Shown one piece after another: positions 1 to 9,446 of a stretch of DNA of 15,065 nt. A program made the translations under genes and the position numbers. Location of the stretch: positions 1 to 15,065 of IMG/VR virus record IMGVR_UViG_648276665_000002; one strand, given 5' to 3'. The notes under the pieces are model-generated. The model was not told the DNA's origin. It saw nothing but the letters and a program-made list of their open reading frames with translations, and ran no database searches. Position 1 is the first letter of the stretch. Every line of letters starts with the position of its first letter. The stretch is from a virus. Its lineage: Duplodnaviria > Heunggongvirae > Uroviricota > Caudoviricetes.

Positions 1-524
1 CCCTGTGAAGATAATAATTGTCGCCCGGCATCTACCCCGCGCCCATCATCCCAGCCACGAATAAACTCACCACGTAAATCAGGCAATTTATTTGTCGGGT
101 AAGCCTTCGCCAGTTTTGGATATTCAACGGCAGAAAAAGCCGCACCGTTGCATTTCAGCCAGCCAGTAGGCGGTGTGGCTGAAGGCCACGGAACAGGCAC
201 ACCAACGGGTAATGCCGAACCTTCTCCCAAACCAAGGTTTTCGAGAGCCGTTTTCACCGTGCCATCCGATTTGATATCACCAAACGGATTCTTGCGGCTT
301 AACAGCAGCGCACGAAGCGCAGTAAGCAGCTGGTCGTGCCTCTCCTTCTCCAGGCTGGCACCGGATGCCTCCACCACGCTGCAGAGTTCTTCCTGCAACA
401 TATCAAAGTAGTCATCATCCAGATCGGTGGCAGGTGTGCCGGTCTGGGGGTTACCACGGGTAAAACCGTTCTTACCCGCGCCGAACTTATCCTTCTGCGC
501 GGTTTTCGTGTCTATACGATGCAT
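1..524 (-). CDS. Tail fibre / tail-collar domain protein, N-terminal 174 codons only (3' end beyond the left window edge)
   Basis: ATG at 524..522 with GGAG about 8 nt upstream; frame open to position 1. Translation [40 protein letters not shown]...[54 protein letters not shown] matches the phage tail collar pattern (PxGW..C.G......YP.L.......LPDLRG.F.RG) by eye. Confidence 0.6.
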   Translation of the reverse strand, partial: MHRIDTKTAQKDKFGAGKNGFTRGNPQTGTPATDLDDDYFDMLQEELCSVVEASGASLEKERHDQLLTALRALLLSRKNPFGDIKSDGTVKTALENLGLGEGSALPVGVPVPWPSATPPTGWLKCNGAAFSAVEYPKLAKAYPTNKLPDLRGEFIRGWDDGRGVDAGRQLLSSQ

Positions 525-527
525 GGA

Positions 528-641
528 TTACTCCGGATACCCCAGCTCGCGGACATCCTTCCCGGTAGGCTCATCAAACTCCAGTACGGAGAGTGTCTCG
601 CCATGAGCAGTAATCGGTTTATTTAACTCAAGCTCTTTCAT
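528..641 (-). pseudogene. 37-codon remnant resembling the N-terminus of a P2 gpE / Mu-type tail assembly chaperone
   Basis: ATG at 641..639 overlaps the tail tube TAA (TAATG). Translation MKELELNKPITAHGETLSVLEFDEPTGKDVRELGYPE stops at TAA 530..528, far shorter than intact chaperones of this type (about 90-140 aa). The tail-fibre ATG follows one codon later in the same frame. Confidence 0.3.
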
Positions 642-997
642 TACTGGTAATCCCCTTCTTCACCGTGGAACTCAAGATCAACCGTACCTTCTTCGGCATT
701 ATGGTTCGCTTCGCCGTGCAGCCAGGCAGACGACAGTACATAGACCTGACCGTTCGCCAGCTCGGCAGTGATAGTCATCTCATCAGACGAGGTGATTTTG
801 TTCACCGGAAAATTCTTCGGCACCTTGAAAGTCCCTTTGACATAAGGCGCACGGTGAGTTTCCTTGCGGTCCACTGAACCGTCCAGGCCGATGATGTCAT
901 CATTGACCGTCCTGTTCATGGGCACCTCAATGCCGCCGGTCAGCGATAGCTGTTGACCGTCAATTTTGAAATAACAGGTTCCCCCGATACGGGCCAT
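641..997 (-). CDS. Contractile tail tube protein (Mu gpM-like)
   Basis: 118 aa, directly downstream of the sheath gene with abutting boundaries; size, position and sequence character fit myovirus tail tube proteins. Confidence 0.75.
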   Translation of the reverse strand: MARIGGTCYFKIDGQQLSLTGGIEVPMNRTVNDDIIGLDGSVDRKETHRAPYVKGTFKVPKNFPVNKITSSDEMTITAELANGQVYVLSSAWLHGEANHNAEEGTVDLEFHGEEGDYQ

Positions 998-2493
998 TAT
1001 GCAGACTCCTCTGAATACTGAAGACGGAACTGGTTAACCACGGCAAAGACACGCAACTGGTTAACATAGTCAGGCGGGAACAGCGTGTTCAAGCGGTTCG
1101 GATCGCTGGCATCACGCTCCACAACCAGGTACTGCTTAAACAGTTCGTAGTTTTCCACGATCCCCGCACGCTCAAGCTGACGGTAGGTTGCCAGCAGTTC
1201 CCCTTTGATCACCGCCGGGGTGACAATCGCCTGACCGGGACCAAAGCGGGTACCGTCGCTGGCAAGCTTGTGACGCCCGTACTTACTGGTAATGACGGAT
1301 TTCAGTTTGCGCAGCACATACGCGCTGGTATGCAGCGTCTCGCTGTCGAGGTAGCTGTTATCCGCAACACCGTAAGCGTTTTTCCTGTACGTGGTGACAT
1401 CACGCTGAATGCGCAGCACCCCGCTTTCGACATACGCCGTTGCCACGCCATGAGACAGCAGGGTCTGTTGTTCGGTCATCGTGAACCGTTTCCCCTTCGG
1501 CGCAGGCAGCATACCCACCAGCTCACCGGTCTGCGTGGGACGTGCCGGATCGTTGCGAATAAACACCGCTGCGCGGGCGGTACGGCTTGCCGCCAGCTCG
1601 TCGGCAGGCGTCTGGGTCTCTTTTTCGTATCCCGCCAGGGTAATGTGCTGCTGGTTAAACTGGTCACCTGCGGTCACCAGTTCTGACAGCGTGCCGATCT
1701 TTGCCGTATACACATGACCATACAGCTGACGCGCATAGCTCCAGCGACCGCTGGTATCGTTCATCTCGGTCACCAGCGTGTTAACGGAGGCCGTGTCGTT
1801 GAACGGCAGGCCGATATAATCAAACGGCTCATCCGCCATTGCAGCCACCGCGCCGGTGAGAACAGGAGCGCCCGTTCCGGCGGTACCCGTCGCCACGGCA
1901 ATCTGTACGCCCGCTGGCAGCACTTCGCCCCCACCAAAGCCGTAGTAATTGAGGCTGACAGGAATTTCATTCCCGCAAAGCCCCTTATGACGCGCGGTCA
2001 GTGTGACCACGCCTGCCGAAGATGAGGCAGTAAACGGCAGGGTCGGAACGGCATTGATGGCATCTTTGATACTGCTGGCAATCGTCGCGACGTTATCGCC
2101 GTTGGTCACCGGTGCCTGCACGCGGGTACGTCCCACATACACATTCACCGTGCCGGTTTCGGTTGCCTCCCCGGTCACCGTCAGCGTAACCGTTGCCGCC
2201 GCGCCTGTGGCTTCCGGAACGGCAATCACATACAGCTCGCCAAACGGGTCAGTCTGGCGATAAGCCTCGACCATACGCGCCAGCTGACTTCCCGCACCAC
2301 AAATCTGGCGTGCATAGTCTGCCGACGGCATCAGCACCAGACTGTTGGCAACAATCTCTGCACCGTTATTGGCATGACCAATCAGCAGCGATGCTCCGCT
2401 GTCCTGTGCAGTATTCGCCGCCTGGTTATCCATTTCCGCATAAAACAACGGAACCAGCGTATTCGACGGAATGGTGTTAAAGCTTGTCGTCAT
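997..2493 (-). CDS. Contractile tail sheath protein (Mu gpL-like)
   Basis: 498 aa; ATG at 2493..2491; size and sequence character typical of Mu/SfV-type sheath proteins; followed by the tube gene. Confidence 0.8.
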   Translation of the reverse strand: MTTSFNTIPSNTLVPLFYAEMDNQAANTAQDSGASLLIGHANNGAEIVANSLVLMPSADYARQICGAGSQLARMVEAYRQTDPFGELYVIAVPEATGAAATVTLTVTGEATETGTVNVYVGRTRVQAPVTNGDNVATIASSIKDAINAVPTLPFTASSSAGVVTLTARHKGLCGNEIPVSLNYYGFGGGEVLPAGVQIAVATGTAGTGAPVLTGAVAAMADEPFDYIGLPFNDTASVNTLVTEMNDTSGRWSYARQLYGHVYTAKIGTLSELVTAGDQFNQQHITLAGYEKETQTPADELAASRTARAAVFIRNDPARPTQTGELVGMLPAPKGKRFTMTEQQTLLSHGVATAYVESGVLRIQRDVTTYRKNAYGVADNSYLDSETLHTSAYVLRKLKSVITSKYGRHKLASDGTRFGPGQAIVTPAVIKGELLATYRQLERAGIVENYELFKQYLVVERDASDPNRLNTLFPPDYVNQLRVFAVVNQFRLQYSEESA

Positions 2494-2647
2494 CGGTATT
2501 CACCTTTTTATTCACGCGCCGGATATCACCCGCTGCTTCACGGCGCAGCCAGTAGTTGTTCTCGTCAACATTTCGCCCTTCGGCGGGCAAAAGGTCGTCG
2601 CGGGCAGGGTCAGGCACTGACCGCCCTTTAACAGGTTTGACAAACAT
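2477..2647 (-). CDS. Small protein preceding the sheath gene (DUF2635-like, Mu-type tail module)
   Basis: ATG at 2647..2645 with GAGGA about 5 nt upstream; 56 aa, MFVKPVKGRSVPDPARDDLLPAEGRNVDENNYWLRREAAGDIRRVNKKVNTDDDKL; overlaps the sheath start by 17 nt. Below the 60-aa cutoff of the ORF track, found by manual translation. Confidence 0.45.
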   Translation of the reverse strand: MFVKPVKGRSVPDPARDDLLPAEGRNVDENNYWLRREAAGDIRRVNKKVNTDDDKL

Positions 2648-2655
2648 GAGGATCC

Positions 2656-3216
2656 TCAGGAAGGAAGGGTTATTTCGGTGTGATGTTCGATATCGCCGTC
2701 AGGCCCGTTACCGGGATCGAGATAATCGACATCAATCGCCAGCGTTTGCAGTTCATCCAGACTGTTCAGATCATCCTGCTGGCGGGTATCGTCTTCAGTC
2801 AGCTCGCTGATGACCGAAAAATCGAACTGATAAATCAGCTCATGACGATTCAGATCCAGCAGCGTGCCGCCGTCATAGGTAATCGGGTTACCGCACGCTT
2901 CCGGGTTCCAGCCCAGCAGGGCCTTAAAGAGCATCTGCCGGACATCGTCCACCACATCATACGAGGCAAACTGACCGCGCTCATCACGCCCGTTACTCAG
3001 TATGACAACCACGGAGAAACCCTCTTTCAGCTCCTGCCAGTAGTCGGTCTGGCTTTTGTTTTCTCCCGGAGAATCATCACCCGGTACAACATATGCCGCC
3101 GGGAGTTTCAGCTTTCCGACCTCCGGCAGATTTTTGAACTGGGCCGCGCCTGCAACCCGGTTTTCAAAATACGGACAGCGGGCACGCAGTGCAGCAATAA
3201 CAGGCGTCAGTTTCAT
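2656..3216 (-). CDS. Putative tail terminator / neck protein of Mu-type tail module
   Basis: 186 aa; ATG at 3216..3214 overlaps the upstream TGA (ATGA); acidic C-terminal half; sits between head-completion genes and the sheath gene. Confidence 0.45.
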   Translation of the reverse strand: MKLTPVIAALRARCPYFENRVAGAAQFKNLPEVGKLKLPAAYVVPGDDSPGENKSQTDYWQELKEGFSVVVILSNGRDERGQFASYDVVDDVRQMLFKALLGWNPEACGNPITYDGGTLLDLNRHELIYQFDFSVISELTEDDTRQQDDLNSLDELQTLAIDVDYLDPGNGPDGDIEHHTEITLPS

Positions 3217-3719
3217 CTGTGTCGTCGCTCCGGCTTCAGTGATTTACGCAATTCCCGCGCCAGAAAATAGCGTGTCCAGCTGCGGTTCTTTTCAAGCGTT
3301 TCCACCATGAAGTTATTACGTGGAGCCAGTCGCCAGCCGCTGCCACCGGATGCACCACGATGATGACTACGACGACGTTTTGCTCCTCCCCGGACACCAA
3401 AAAACAGAAACGCCGGATAGAAGTCACCAGAGATCATCCGGTTCCCCTTCCCGTTGCGCTGGTTAGGGGCAATGCGTGTCATAAAACCGGCTCGCTTTTT
3501 ACTGGCTCTCGGCACCATATAACCAATCGAACGAGCCAGGCGTCCGGTCTGATAACCGGGGTTTTCACCCGGTGCCGACCGCGCACGGCGCATCACCAGC
3601 CGACGGGCATCACGCATATGACGCTGCCCAATCGTGACAAACGCCCGCCGGACACGAGCGCGGTTAAAGCGCATCTCGGCGGGCTGCTGAACATCAACGT
3701 GAAAAAAGGGAGTCGCCAT
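3213..3719 (-). CDS. HK97 gp10-family head-tail joining / tail completion protein
   Basis: 168 aa; GGAGG 6 nt upstream of ATG 3719..3717; motifs TGRLARSI, FYPAFLFFG and APRNNFMVETLEKNR resemble the gp10 family. Confidence 0.65.
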   Translation of the reverse strand: MATPFFHVDVQQPAEMRFNRARVRRAFVTIGQRHMRDARRLVMRRARSAPGENPGYQTGRLARSIGYMVPRASKKRAGFMTRIAPNQRNGKGNRMISGDFYPAFLFFGVRGGAKRRRSHHRGASGGSGWRLAPRNNFMVETLEKNRSWTRYFLARELRKSLKPERRHR

Positions 3720-4104
3720 TGCTGCCTCCGTGACTCTGCCTACATTCGCCCAGCTCCGTACACTCCAGCAGCAGAAAGCGCCGCGCCCCGTTCAGATCGC
3801 GCTGACGTTTCACCCGGTACACACTGTCATCACAGACCACCTCATAATCAGCAGTGATCCCCCGGCGGTAGCGAATGGTGATGTAATGGGTGATGGCGTC
3901 TCCGGTCTGCGCGGTTTCCTGCCAGGTGGTGGCACTGGTCTGGATAACCTTCGCCCATGCCCGGAACGCAACCGGGTATTGAGGCTCCACGCCAAAGTTA
4001 TCCGCGGGCATATCCACCCGCTGGCGGATCAGGACGCGTTTATTCAGTTCGCCGGGGTCCGGCAGAATGTAGGTTGCGCTGGTCTGCGCCTGACGAATTT
4101 TCAT
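3694..4104 (-). CDS. Head-tail adaptor / head closure protein
   Basis: 136 aa; ATG at 4104..4102 overlaps the connector TGA (ATGA coupling); position between connector and gp10 genes. Confidence 0.6.
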   Translation of the reverse strand: MKIRQAQTSATYILPDPGELNKRVLIRQRVDMPADNFGVEPQYPVAFRAWAKVIQTSATTWQETAQTGDAITHYITIRYRRGITADYEVVCDDSVYRVKRQRDLNGARRFLLLECTELGECRQSHGGSNGDSLFSR

Positions 4105-4424
4105 AGTGGTATAAGGCGATAAGGAACAACCAACCAGTTAAAACTCATTGGCAACTCCATTTTCTCAACGTCTGTAACCGTTGAGCGGTTTTCGTAGAAA
4201 TGGCTGACAAGTAGCAGAAGCGCCAGCTTCACATCATCAGATATCACAAGCCCATCAGGATCATCCGCAGGCCTGTCATCTGCGGTTGCATACAACTTAC
4301 GGTTAAGGAAGTTTTCCGTACGACTCTGAGCGGCCTTACCAAGCAGTTCAAGCAACTCATCTTCATCAGAGAAATCATCATCCAGACGGAGCTGAAGCTT
4401 AATCTCTTCCATTTTTAACAGCAT
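4101..4424 (-). CDS. Head-tail connector protein (gp6-like)
   Basis: 107 aa; AGGAGG 4 nt upstream of ATG 4424..4422; acidic N-terminus (EEIKLQLRLDDDFSDEDELLELL) typical of the connector family; first gene after the major capsid gene. Confidence 0.65.
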   Translation of the reverse strand: MLLKMEEIKLQLRLDDDFSDEDELLELLGKAAQSRTENFLNRKLYATADDRPADDPDGLVISDDVKLALLLLVSHFYENRSTVTDVEKMELPMSFNWLVVPYRLIPL

Positions 4425-4452
4425 AAAACCTCCTGTGCCCGCCAGAACGCGG

Positions 4453-4480
4453 GCCCAAAAAAAACCGCATTACGCGGCGT
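4453..4480 (-). terminator. Candidate partial terminator/attenuator downstream of the major capsid gene
   Basis: On the minus strand a short hairpin (ccgc-gtaat-gcgg) is followed by T8 (plus-strand A8 at 4457-4464), then a second GC-rich hairpin (plus 4445..4456) just before the connector RBS. The stem is short, so low confidence. Confidence 0.25.
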
Positions 4481-4503
4481 GCTGTATTACGTAAAAAGAC
4501 TAA

Positions 4504-5733
4504 TCAACCACCAACGCTACCTTTCCCCACCAGCGCTTTAATGGCAGAGGTGTCTTCCAGGATACAGTCAAAACGATGGAAGGCCAGAAAACCGGTCTGA
4601 TCATATTCCGCGTAACGCTCAACCAGACGTTTAAGAATCATGTATCGCACACGACGGATAATGAAGCGATCAAAGTCACCACAGAACATGAATTTTTTAC
4701 CCGCCCCGATATCATCAATTTCCTGATCAATGACATACGGTACATTCAACACTGAAGCAGGTGCCACACCAACAATATCCGGCAACCATAAAGGGCGTCC
4801 CTGACCGTCTTCCATCTCACTGATCAGTTTCAGCGTATTATCGTTAAATGCCAGGCGGAATTTCGGTCCGCGACGATATGCAGGATCAATGCTGTGTTTC
4901 AGAGCCAGAATTTCCTGCCACTTCACCGCATTTGCCGCGGCAGTCTGTGTTGTGCCGGTCACTGATGCTGCCAGCCCTTTGGGTTGTTTAGGCGTACCAG
5001 CCCCCGTCCCCTGAATCAGATAACGGGCTTCACCACGACCAATACGTTCAGCAATGCGACGGGCAAGATAAGCTTCCATATCGATCGCGCTGTCCTGCAG
5101 CAACTCATTAGACACACGAATGATTTTCGATGTCATTTTGAGCGCCCCAAGGCTTCCCATACCGAAATCGGTGTCTTCTTCACCGGCTTCTTCATTTTCG
5201 CCCAGCAGAACACCAACTTCGGAAGTACCATCAGCTGTTGCCCACTCCATAGTGCGACCGTCAGAAGTGGTCAGAATCTGCGCCACACTGGCGATGCCAC
5301 CGTAGGATTTCATTTTCTCAACAACTTTCGCCAGGAATGTTTCTGGTACGGTATATCCGCCCTTTTCATCCTGAGCTACACCCTGGGCACGAAGTTCACG
5401 CAACGCCTTTCGTTCTTCTGATGTCAGCTCACTGGCACCGTGACGCATCCACTTATCAAAAACCTGAGCTCGTTTCTCATCCTGTTGTGGATTGTTTTCC
5501 GGATCAAGATTCTGACGCTGCTCTTCCTCATTGCTTTCAATGTACGCCTGATCTTGACGACGCAGTTCTTCTTCGCGTGCAATTCGTTCATCAAGCGCTT
5601 CCAGTTCGGATTTTGCTTTGTTCCACTCAGTGCGCTGCTCTTCCGTCCATGCGTTATCACCAATTTTTTCATTCAGGGCGCGCATGTCAGTTGCGATAGT
5701 ATTACGTTTCTGTTTCAGTTCATGCAGTTTCAT
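4504..5733 (-). CDS. Major capsid protein, HK97 fold, with N-terminal scaffolding (delta) domain
   Basis: 409 aa; AAGGAAA RBS; N-terminal ~120 aa highly charged coiled-coil-like region (KQKRNTIATDMRALNEKIG...EEELRRQDQAYIESNEEEQRQ), then a capsid body; directly downstream of the prohead protease. Confidence 0.9.
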   Translation of the reverse strand: MKLHELKQKRNTIATDMRALNEKIGDNAWTEEQRTEWNKAKSELEALDERIAREEELRRQDQAYIESNEEEQRQNLDPENNPQQDEKRAQVFDKWMRHGASELTSEERKALRELRAQGVAQDEKGGYTVPETFLAKVVEKMKSYGGIASVAQILTTSDGRTMEWATADGTSEVGVLLGENEEAGEEDTDFGMGSLGALKMTSKIIRVSNELLQDSAIDMEAYLARRIAERIGRGEARYLIQGTGAGTPKQPKGLAASVTGTTQTAAANAVKWQEILALKHSIDPAYRRGPKFRLAFNDNTLKLISEMEDGQGRPLWLPDIVGVAPASVLNVPYVIDQEIDDIGAGKKFMFCGDFDRFIIRRVRYMILKRLVERYAEYDQTGFLAFHRFDCILEDTSAIKALVGKGSVGG

Positions 5734-5743
5734 GATGTTTCCT

Positions 5744-6364
5744 TTACGCGTTAAGAAGGGTCAGGACGCGTTCACGCGCCATACGTTGATTAATGGCTTT
5801 CTGTAGCGCGCCGCTGTTGCGCGCCTCCTGCCATGCTTTCATGGAGCGAACAGCCGAGTCAGCCTCCTGATAGGCAGGATATGTCACAGGACTGACATCC
5901 AGCAGACGGGAAAAGCGGGTTATCTCGCGAATAACAACCCCGTCCTCATCCTGATACCACTCCTCGCCGTCACGGGCGACACGGAAAGCAAAAGATGACT
6001 GGTTAATATCTCCACGTTGCATCGGGGCCAGCACCAGATCACGAATGGTCTGTGTCTCCGGAGCCTGGATGTCATAGCGCAATCCGCGCTCATCAACTGA
6101 AAGATTCAGCGTGCCTGCTGCACTACGCCCAAGAATAAAATTAGGATCGTGGTTAAACAGTGCGCGTACATCATCACCAAGCACATCGTCAAAAGCGCCG
6201 GGCCGGATGATTTCGCGGAATGAACCAAATATCAGCTCAGAACGACAGTCAAACACCGATCCATAACCGATAATGTGCGCAGGGTTATCGTCATGCCGCT
6301 CAGCACGCACCTCACCGCTGTAACAACGGATTTCACGGTCATTCATTGGTTTTTCCCTCATCAT
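5744..6364 (-). CDS. Prohead maturation protease (HK97 family)
   Basis: Position between portal and capsid genes; sequence character fits HK97 prohead proteases. The ORF-track start at 6403 overlaps the portal gene; ATG codons at 6364, 6361 or 6346 are more likely starts (6346 lies 2 nt past the portal stop). Confidence 0.85.
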   Translation of the reverse strand: MMREKPMNDREIRCYSGEVRAERHDDNPAHIIGYGSVFDCRSELIFGSFREIIRPGAFDDVLGDDVRALFNHDPNFILGRSAAGTLNLSVDERGLRYDIQAPETQTIRDLVLAPMQRGDINQSSFAFRVARDGEEWYQDEDGVVIREITRFSRLLDVSPVTYPAYQEADSAVRSMKAWQEARNSGALQKAINQRMARERVLTLLNA

Positions 6365-7565
6365 TTTTTGGGGGCTTAAAATCTCCTGCCGGGTTAGCAG
6401 CATTCACGCTTACCAGCATCTCATCCAGCCCTTCAACCGGATTCATATCCTCGAATGCGCGGGCCTCATTACGGCTCATCCATCCATCGGTAATAGCGAA
6501 GTGATAGAATTGCGCGCGCTCCTGCGGAGTTCCGCGTAAAAGCCCTGTCAGATTGAACCTGACGTAATACCCGGCGGCTAACTCAGCGCGGGTAAACAAG
6601 CGACGGTTAAGCTCCTGCTCCCAGTTCGTCACCCACGGCATCATCGTGTAACGGACAAACTGAATAGCCTGCGCAGAAATATTGGAGAAGGTGGCTTTTT
6701 CGAGGTCATTAATCATGTGCGCAGGAATATTGAAAATACCGGCAATCATTGAACGGTTCAGTTTCATCATGTCAATGATCTGAGCGTCAACTGGCGACAC
6801 AGTCAGTGCCTTGTAATCCAGATCGGCTGGCAGCAGCATGGTTTTGTTTTCCTGGCTGCGTAACGCCTGCGATGCCTTCTGCCACTGTTCTTTAAGCCAG
6901 CCCCAGCTGTCCTTATTGAGTCCGCTTTTAACGGATACTATCCCCGCCGGACGGGCATTACCGCTGAAGAAGCTTTCTGTGTATTTCTGACCGCTCATCC
7001 CCATGCCTATTGTTTCGGCATGTTGCATAATCGGACTCAGCCCCATCTTCTGATTATTACCCAGCGCACGGATGTGGATCATATCGTCGGGGCTGATCGC
7101 AAACGCCCCATATTCGTTGTACAAACCGTAGGTGTATCGGCCACCAGTATTCATCAGCGTCGTTTCCCACGGCATACAGCAATCCAGGGATATGACTTCA
7201 CCGCGACGATTACGTTTCACCCAGGTATACCCATTCCCCCAGCCAAGGATGTGACGTTGCTTCAGTTCGCGCCATTTGTAACTGGTTTGCCAGGTATTGG
7301 GCTCATCATGAACCAGATAAAACGCCGGATGATCGCGTGCGGGCTCAACCTTCCCATTGTGCCTGCGCATAACATGCAACGGCATCTGGGCAAGGCTGGA
7401 AGACAGGACATAGATACAGGAATACACCGCAGCCAGTTTCATCGCAGTTTCAGGACTGACATAAACGTCTGCCCGGAACAGCCCATCAGTATCAACGGTA
7501 TCCCCGGTTATCGGGGTGGAAGGATTCTCCAGTGATTTACTTCTGAACAGAGCATCAAGCAGCAC
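6339..7565 (-). CDS. Portal protein (HK97 family)
   Basis: 408 aa; the start at 7565..7563 is GTG, preceded by AAGGGGGA; canonical terL-portal-protease-capsid order. Confidence 0.9.
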   Translation of the reverse strand: MLLDALFRSKSLENPSTPITGDTVDTDGLFRADVYVSPETAMKLAAVYSCIYVLSSSLAQMPLHVMRRHNGKVEPARDHPAFYLVHDEPNTWQTSYKWRELKQRHILGWGNGYTWVKRNRRGEVISLDCCMPWETTLMNTGGRYTYGLYNEYGAFAISPDDMIHIRALGNNQKMGLSPIMQHAETIGMGMSGQKYTESFFSGNARPAGIVSVKSGLNKDSWGWLKEQWQKASQALRSQENKTMLLPADLDYKALTVSPVDAQIIDMMKLNRSMIAGIFNIPAHMINDLEKATFSNISAQAIQFVRYTMMPWVTNWEQELNRRLFTRAELAAGYYVRFNLTGLLRGTPQERAQFYHFAITDGWMSRNEARAFEDMNPVEGLDEMLVSVNAANPAGDFKPPKNDEGKTNE

Positions 7566-7716
7566 GCGTCCCCCTTCTGGCCATAGCCAGTGCGCCCACC
7601 AGCAGTAAACCGCCGGACAGCATCAGAGCCGGAGCCATACCAAACTGCAGGTAAAACCCGCACGTAAGCAGGCCAAAACCAGCCAGCCCGATAACATCAG
7701 CAATTAGTGATTTCAT
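7555..7716 (-). CDS. Small putative two-helix membrane protein between terminase and portal
   Basis: ATG at 7716..7714 overlaps the terL TGA (ATGA). 53 aa, [53 protein letters not shown], two hydrophobic stretches; overlaps the portal start by 11 nt. Found by manual translation. Confidence 0.4.
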   Translation of the reverse strand: MKSLIADVIGLAGFGLLTCGFYLQFGMAPALMLSGGLLLVGALAMARRGTRAA

Positions 7717-9446
7717 AGAATTAAGAGAGCATCGTCCGGATCAAGAGATGAGAGGAAATCGTCGGGTTCTTTGAGCATTGCCCGACCGATCGCCATAATC
7801 AGTGCAACCGCACCATCGATTTTGTTTTCCGCCTGCTCCTTGACAGGCTTCACCACATCATCGTTACCCGGAATGGTTTTGCCGACCACGTTGCCGATAC
7901 ACCAGGTCATGATGGGATTGCCATCATGATGAAAGCGCCCCGATTCAATTGCCGCTTCCAGCTCTTTCATCGGGTCGGACATGTTGGTGTAGTTCTGAAT
8001 GATAGTGATGGGGTTCAGGTCTTCATCAGCAAGGTCATGTGACAACCCGGTCGCCCCGAAGGGGTCGATGGGTGACTCACTGACCGGGCTGATTTTGTTC
8101 GCCGCTTTGGCCTCCTCGAGGATGTAGCGATAATCCACCTCCGCACCATCGGTAACGGTCAGAACGCCCATTTCCACCCATTTCTGAAAGCGTTCGGCTG
8201 TCCGGCGATCTTCATTTTTCTCGACGCTGTACACCGTGTCATACGGTACCCAGAAGCGCGGAGCCACACTGTAGTAATGCGTTTTACCGTCAATCTCGCG
8301 GGTATAAAGTCGCGCCATGCTGTTCATATCCAGCTTACGCGCCAGGTCAAAGGCCAGAATGCACGGCTGCCCCTCGAACTGCTCAAGGGTCAGTGATTTA
8401 TCCTCGCAGCTCTGCCAGCTCACCAGGTTGAAATACGCCGAACGCGCCGACACCCAGATATTGAGGTGTTTTGTTTTAAAGACGTTTGCCAGACGGGCGT
8501 TATTTTTCGCACGCTGCTGCTGACTTAACAAAAATTCGCGATAAACCGACACGCCAATATTTGGATTGGCTTTTTCCAGCACCTGCGGGTCGGTCCAGTC
8601 ATCGCCTTCGTCAACGGTATAGATGATCCCGAACAGTTCATCGTTGGGTACCGAACCGTTGAGCATCTCGATAACTTCCCGCCGCTTGTCGTAGCACGGC
8701 CCCTCAATGTTGTACCCGGCGGTGGTGATGGCCCACATCAGTGGCTGACGTCGCGCGCCCATCCCGGTAAGCATCGTGGTATAAAGCGCATCGGTGGCGT
8801 GCTCGTGATATTCATCCACCACGGCACAGTGGGGTGATGAACCATCACCGGGGTTACCGATCAGCGGTTCAAACCGCGCGCCATCCTCCGGACGGTTCAT
8901 GTTTGAGGCGTTAACCTCAATCCCGAACGCTTCCGTCAGCATGGGTGTGCGTTTACACATCAGTCGCGCCGGGCGAAAGACTTCCCACGCCTGTTTCTCT
9001 GTCGTGGCACCGGAATACACTTCCGCGCCAAACTCGTTATCACAGGCAAAACAATACAGGGCAACACCGGCAGAGATTGCCGATTTGCCGTTCTTACGGG
9101 GGATTTCGGTATACACCTCCCTGAAGCGGCGCAGCCGGGAGCCTTTATTGACCCAGCCAAACGCACAGCAGATCACAAAGAGCTGCCACGGTTCCAGCGT
9201 GATGGGCATCCTCTTGAATGCCCACTCCCCCTTGGTGTGTGGCAACAGCTGAATAAATTTCGCGGCCCGTTCAGCCAGGTCCTTGTCGAAGCGGTAACGA
9301 AACGACTTACTTTTTTCCGCCATCAGGTCATCAAGATGGCGCTGGCAGGCCTGAATCACAAACTGGCAGGCCACAATCTTTCCGCGCACGACATCACGGG
9401 CATACTGATTGGCAGCATTTACGTTGGGGTAAGATTTCCGGCTCAT
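7713..9446 (-). CDS. Terminase large subunit
   Basis: 577 aa; ATG at 9446..9444 overlaps the terS TGA (ATGA); N-terminal ATPase-like and C-terminal nuclease-like regions; followed by the portal gene. Confidence 0.95.
   Translation of the reverse strand: MSRKSYPNVNAANQYARDVVRGKIVACQFVIQACQRHLDDLMAEKSKSFRYRFDKDLAERAAKFIQLLPHTKGEWAFKRMPITLEPWQLFVICCAFGWVNKGSRLRRFREVYTEIPRKNGKSAISAGVALYCFACDNEFGAEVYSGATTEKQAWEVFRPARLMCKRTPMLTEAFGIEVNASNMNRPEDGARFEPLIGNPGDGSSPHCAVVDEYHEHATDALYTTMLTGMGARRQPLMWAITTAGYNIEGPCYDKRREVIEMLNGSVPNDELFGIIYTVDEGDDWTDPQVLEKANPNIGVSVYREFLLSQQQRAKNNARLANVFKTKHLNIWVSARSAYFNLVSWQSCEDKSLTLEQFEGQPCILAFDLARKLDMNSMARLYTREIDGKTHYYSVAPRFWVPYDTVYSVEKNEDRRTAERFQKWVEMGVLTVTDGAEVDYRYILEEAKAANKISPVSESPIDPFGATGLSHDLADEDLNPITIIQNYTNMSDPMKELEAAIESGRFHHDGNPIMTWCIGNVVGKTIPGNDDVVKPVKEQAENKIDGAVALIMAIGRAMLKEPDDFLSSLDPDDALLIL

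Noticed and set aside
148-626. Plus-strand ORFs 148..411 and 336..626
   Set aside because: They lie antisense to a minus-strand frame that is open from 524 to the window edge and encodes a recognisable tail-collar motif with its own RBS; the plus-strand translations are low-complexity with no RBS or recognisable motif.
528-641. The 37-codon ORF as the upstream half of a programmed-frameshift chaperone pair (G/GT-like)
   Set aside because: Too short, with no downstream overlapping frame of chaperone character; the next open frame encodes a tail-fibre/collar protein with its own RBS, so truncation by deletion is more plausible.
4433-4452. GC-rich hairpin gcccgc-cagaa-cgcgggc as an independent terminator
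   Set aside because: On the plus strand it is followed by an A-run, not a T-run, and on the minus strand the T-run precedes rather than follows it. It is more likely part of a composite structure with the adjacent short hairpin or an RBS-proximal element.
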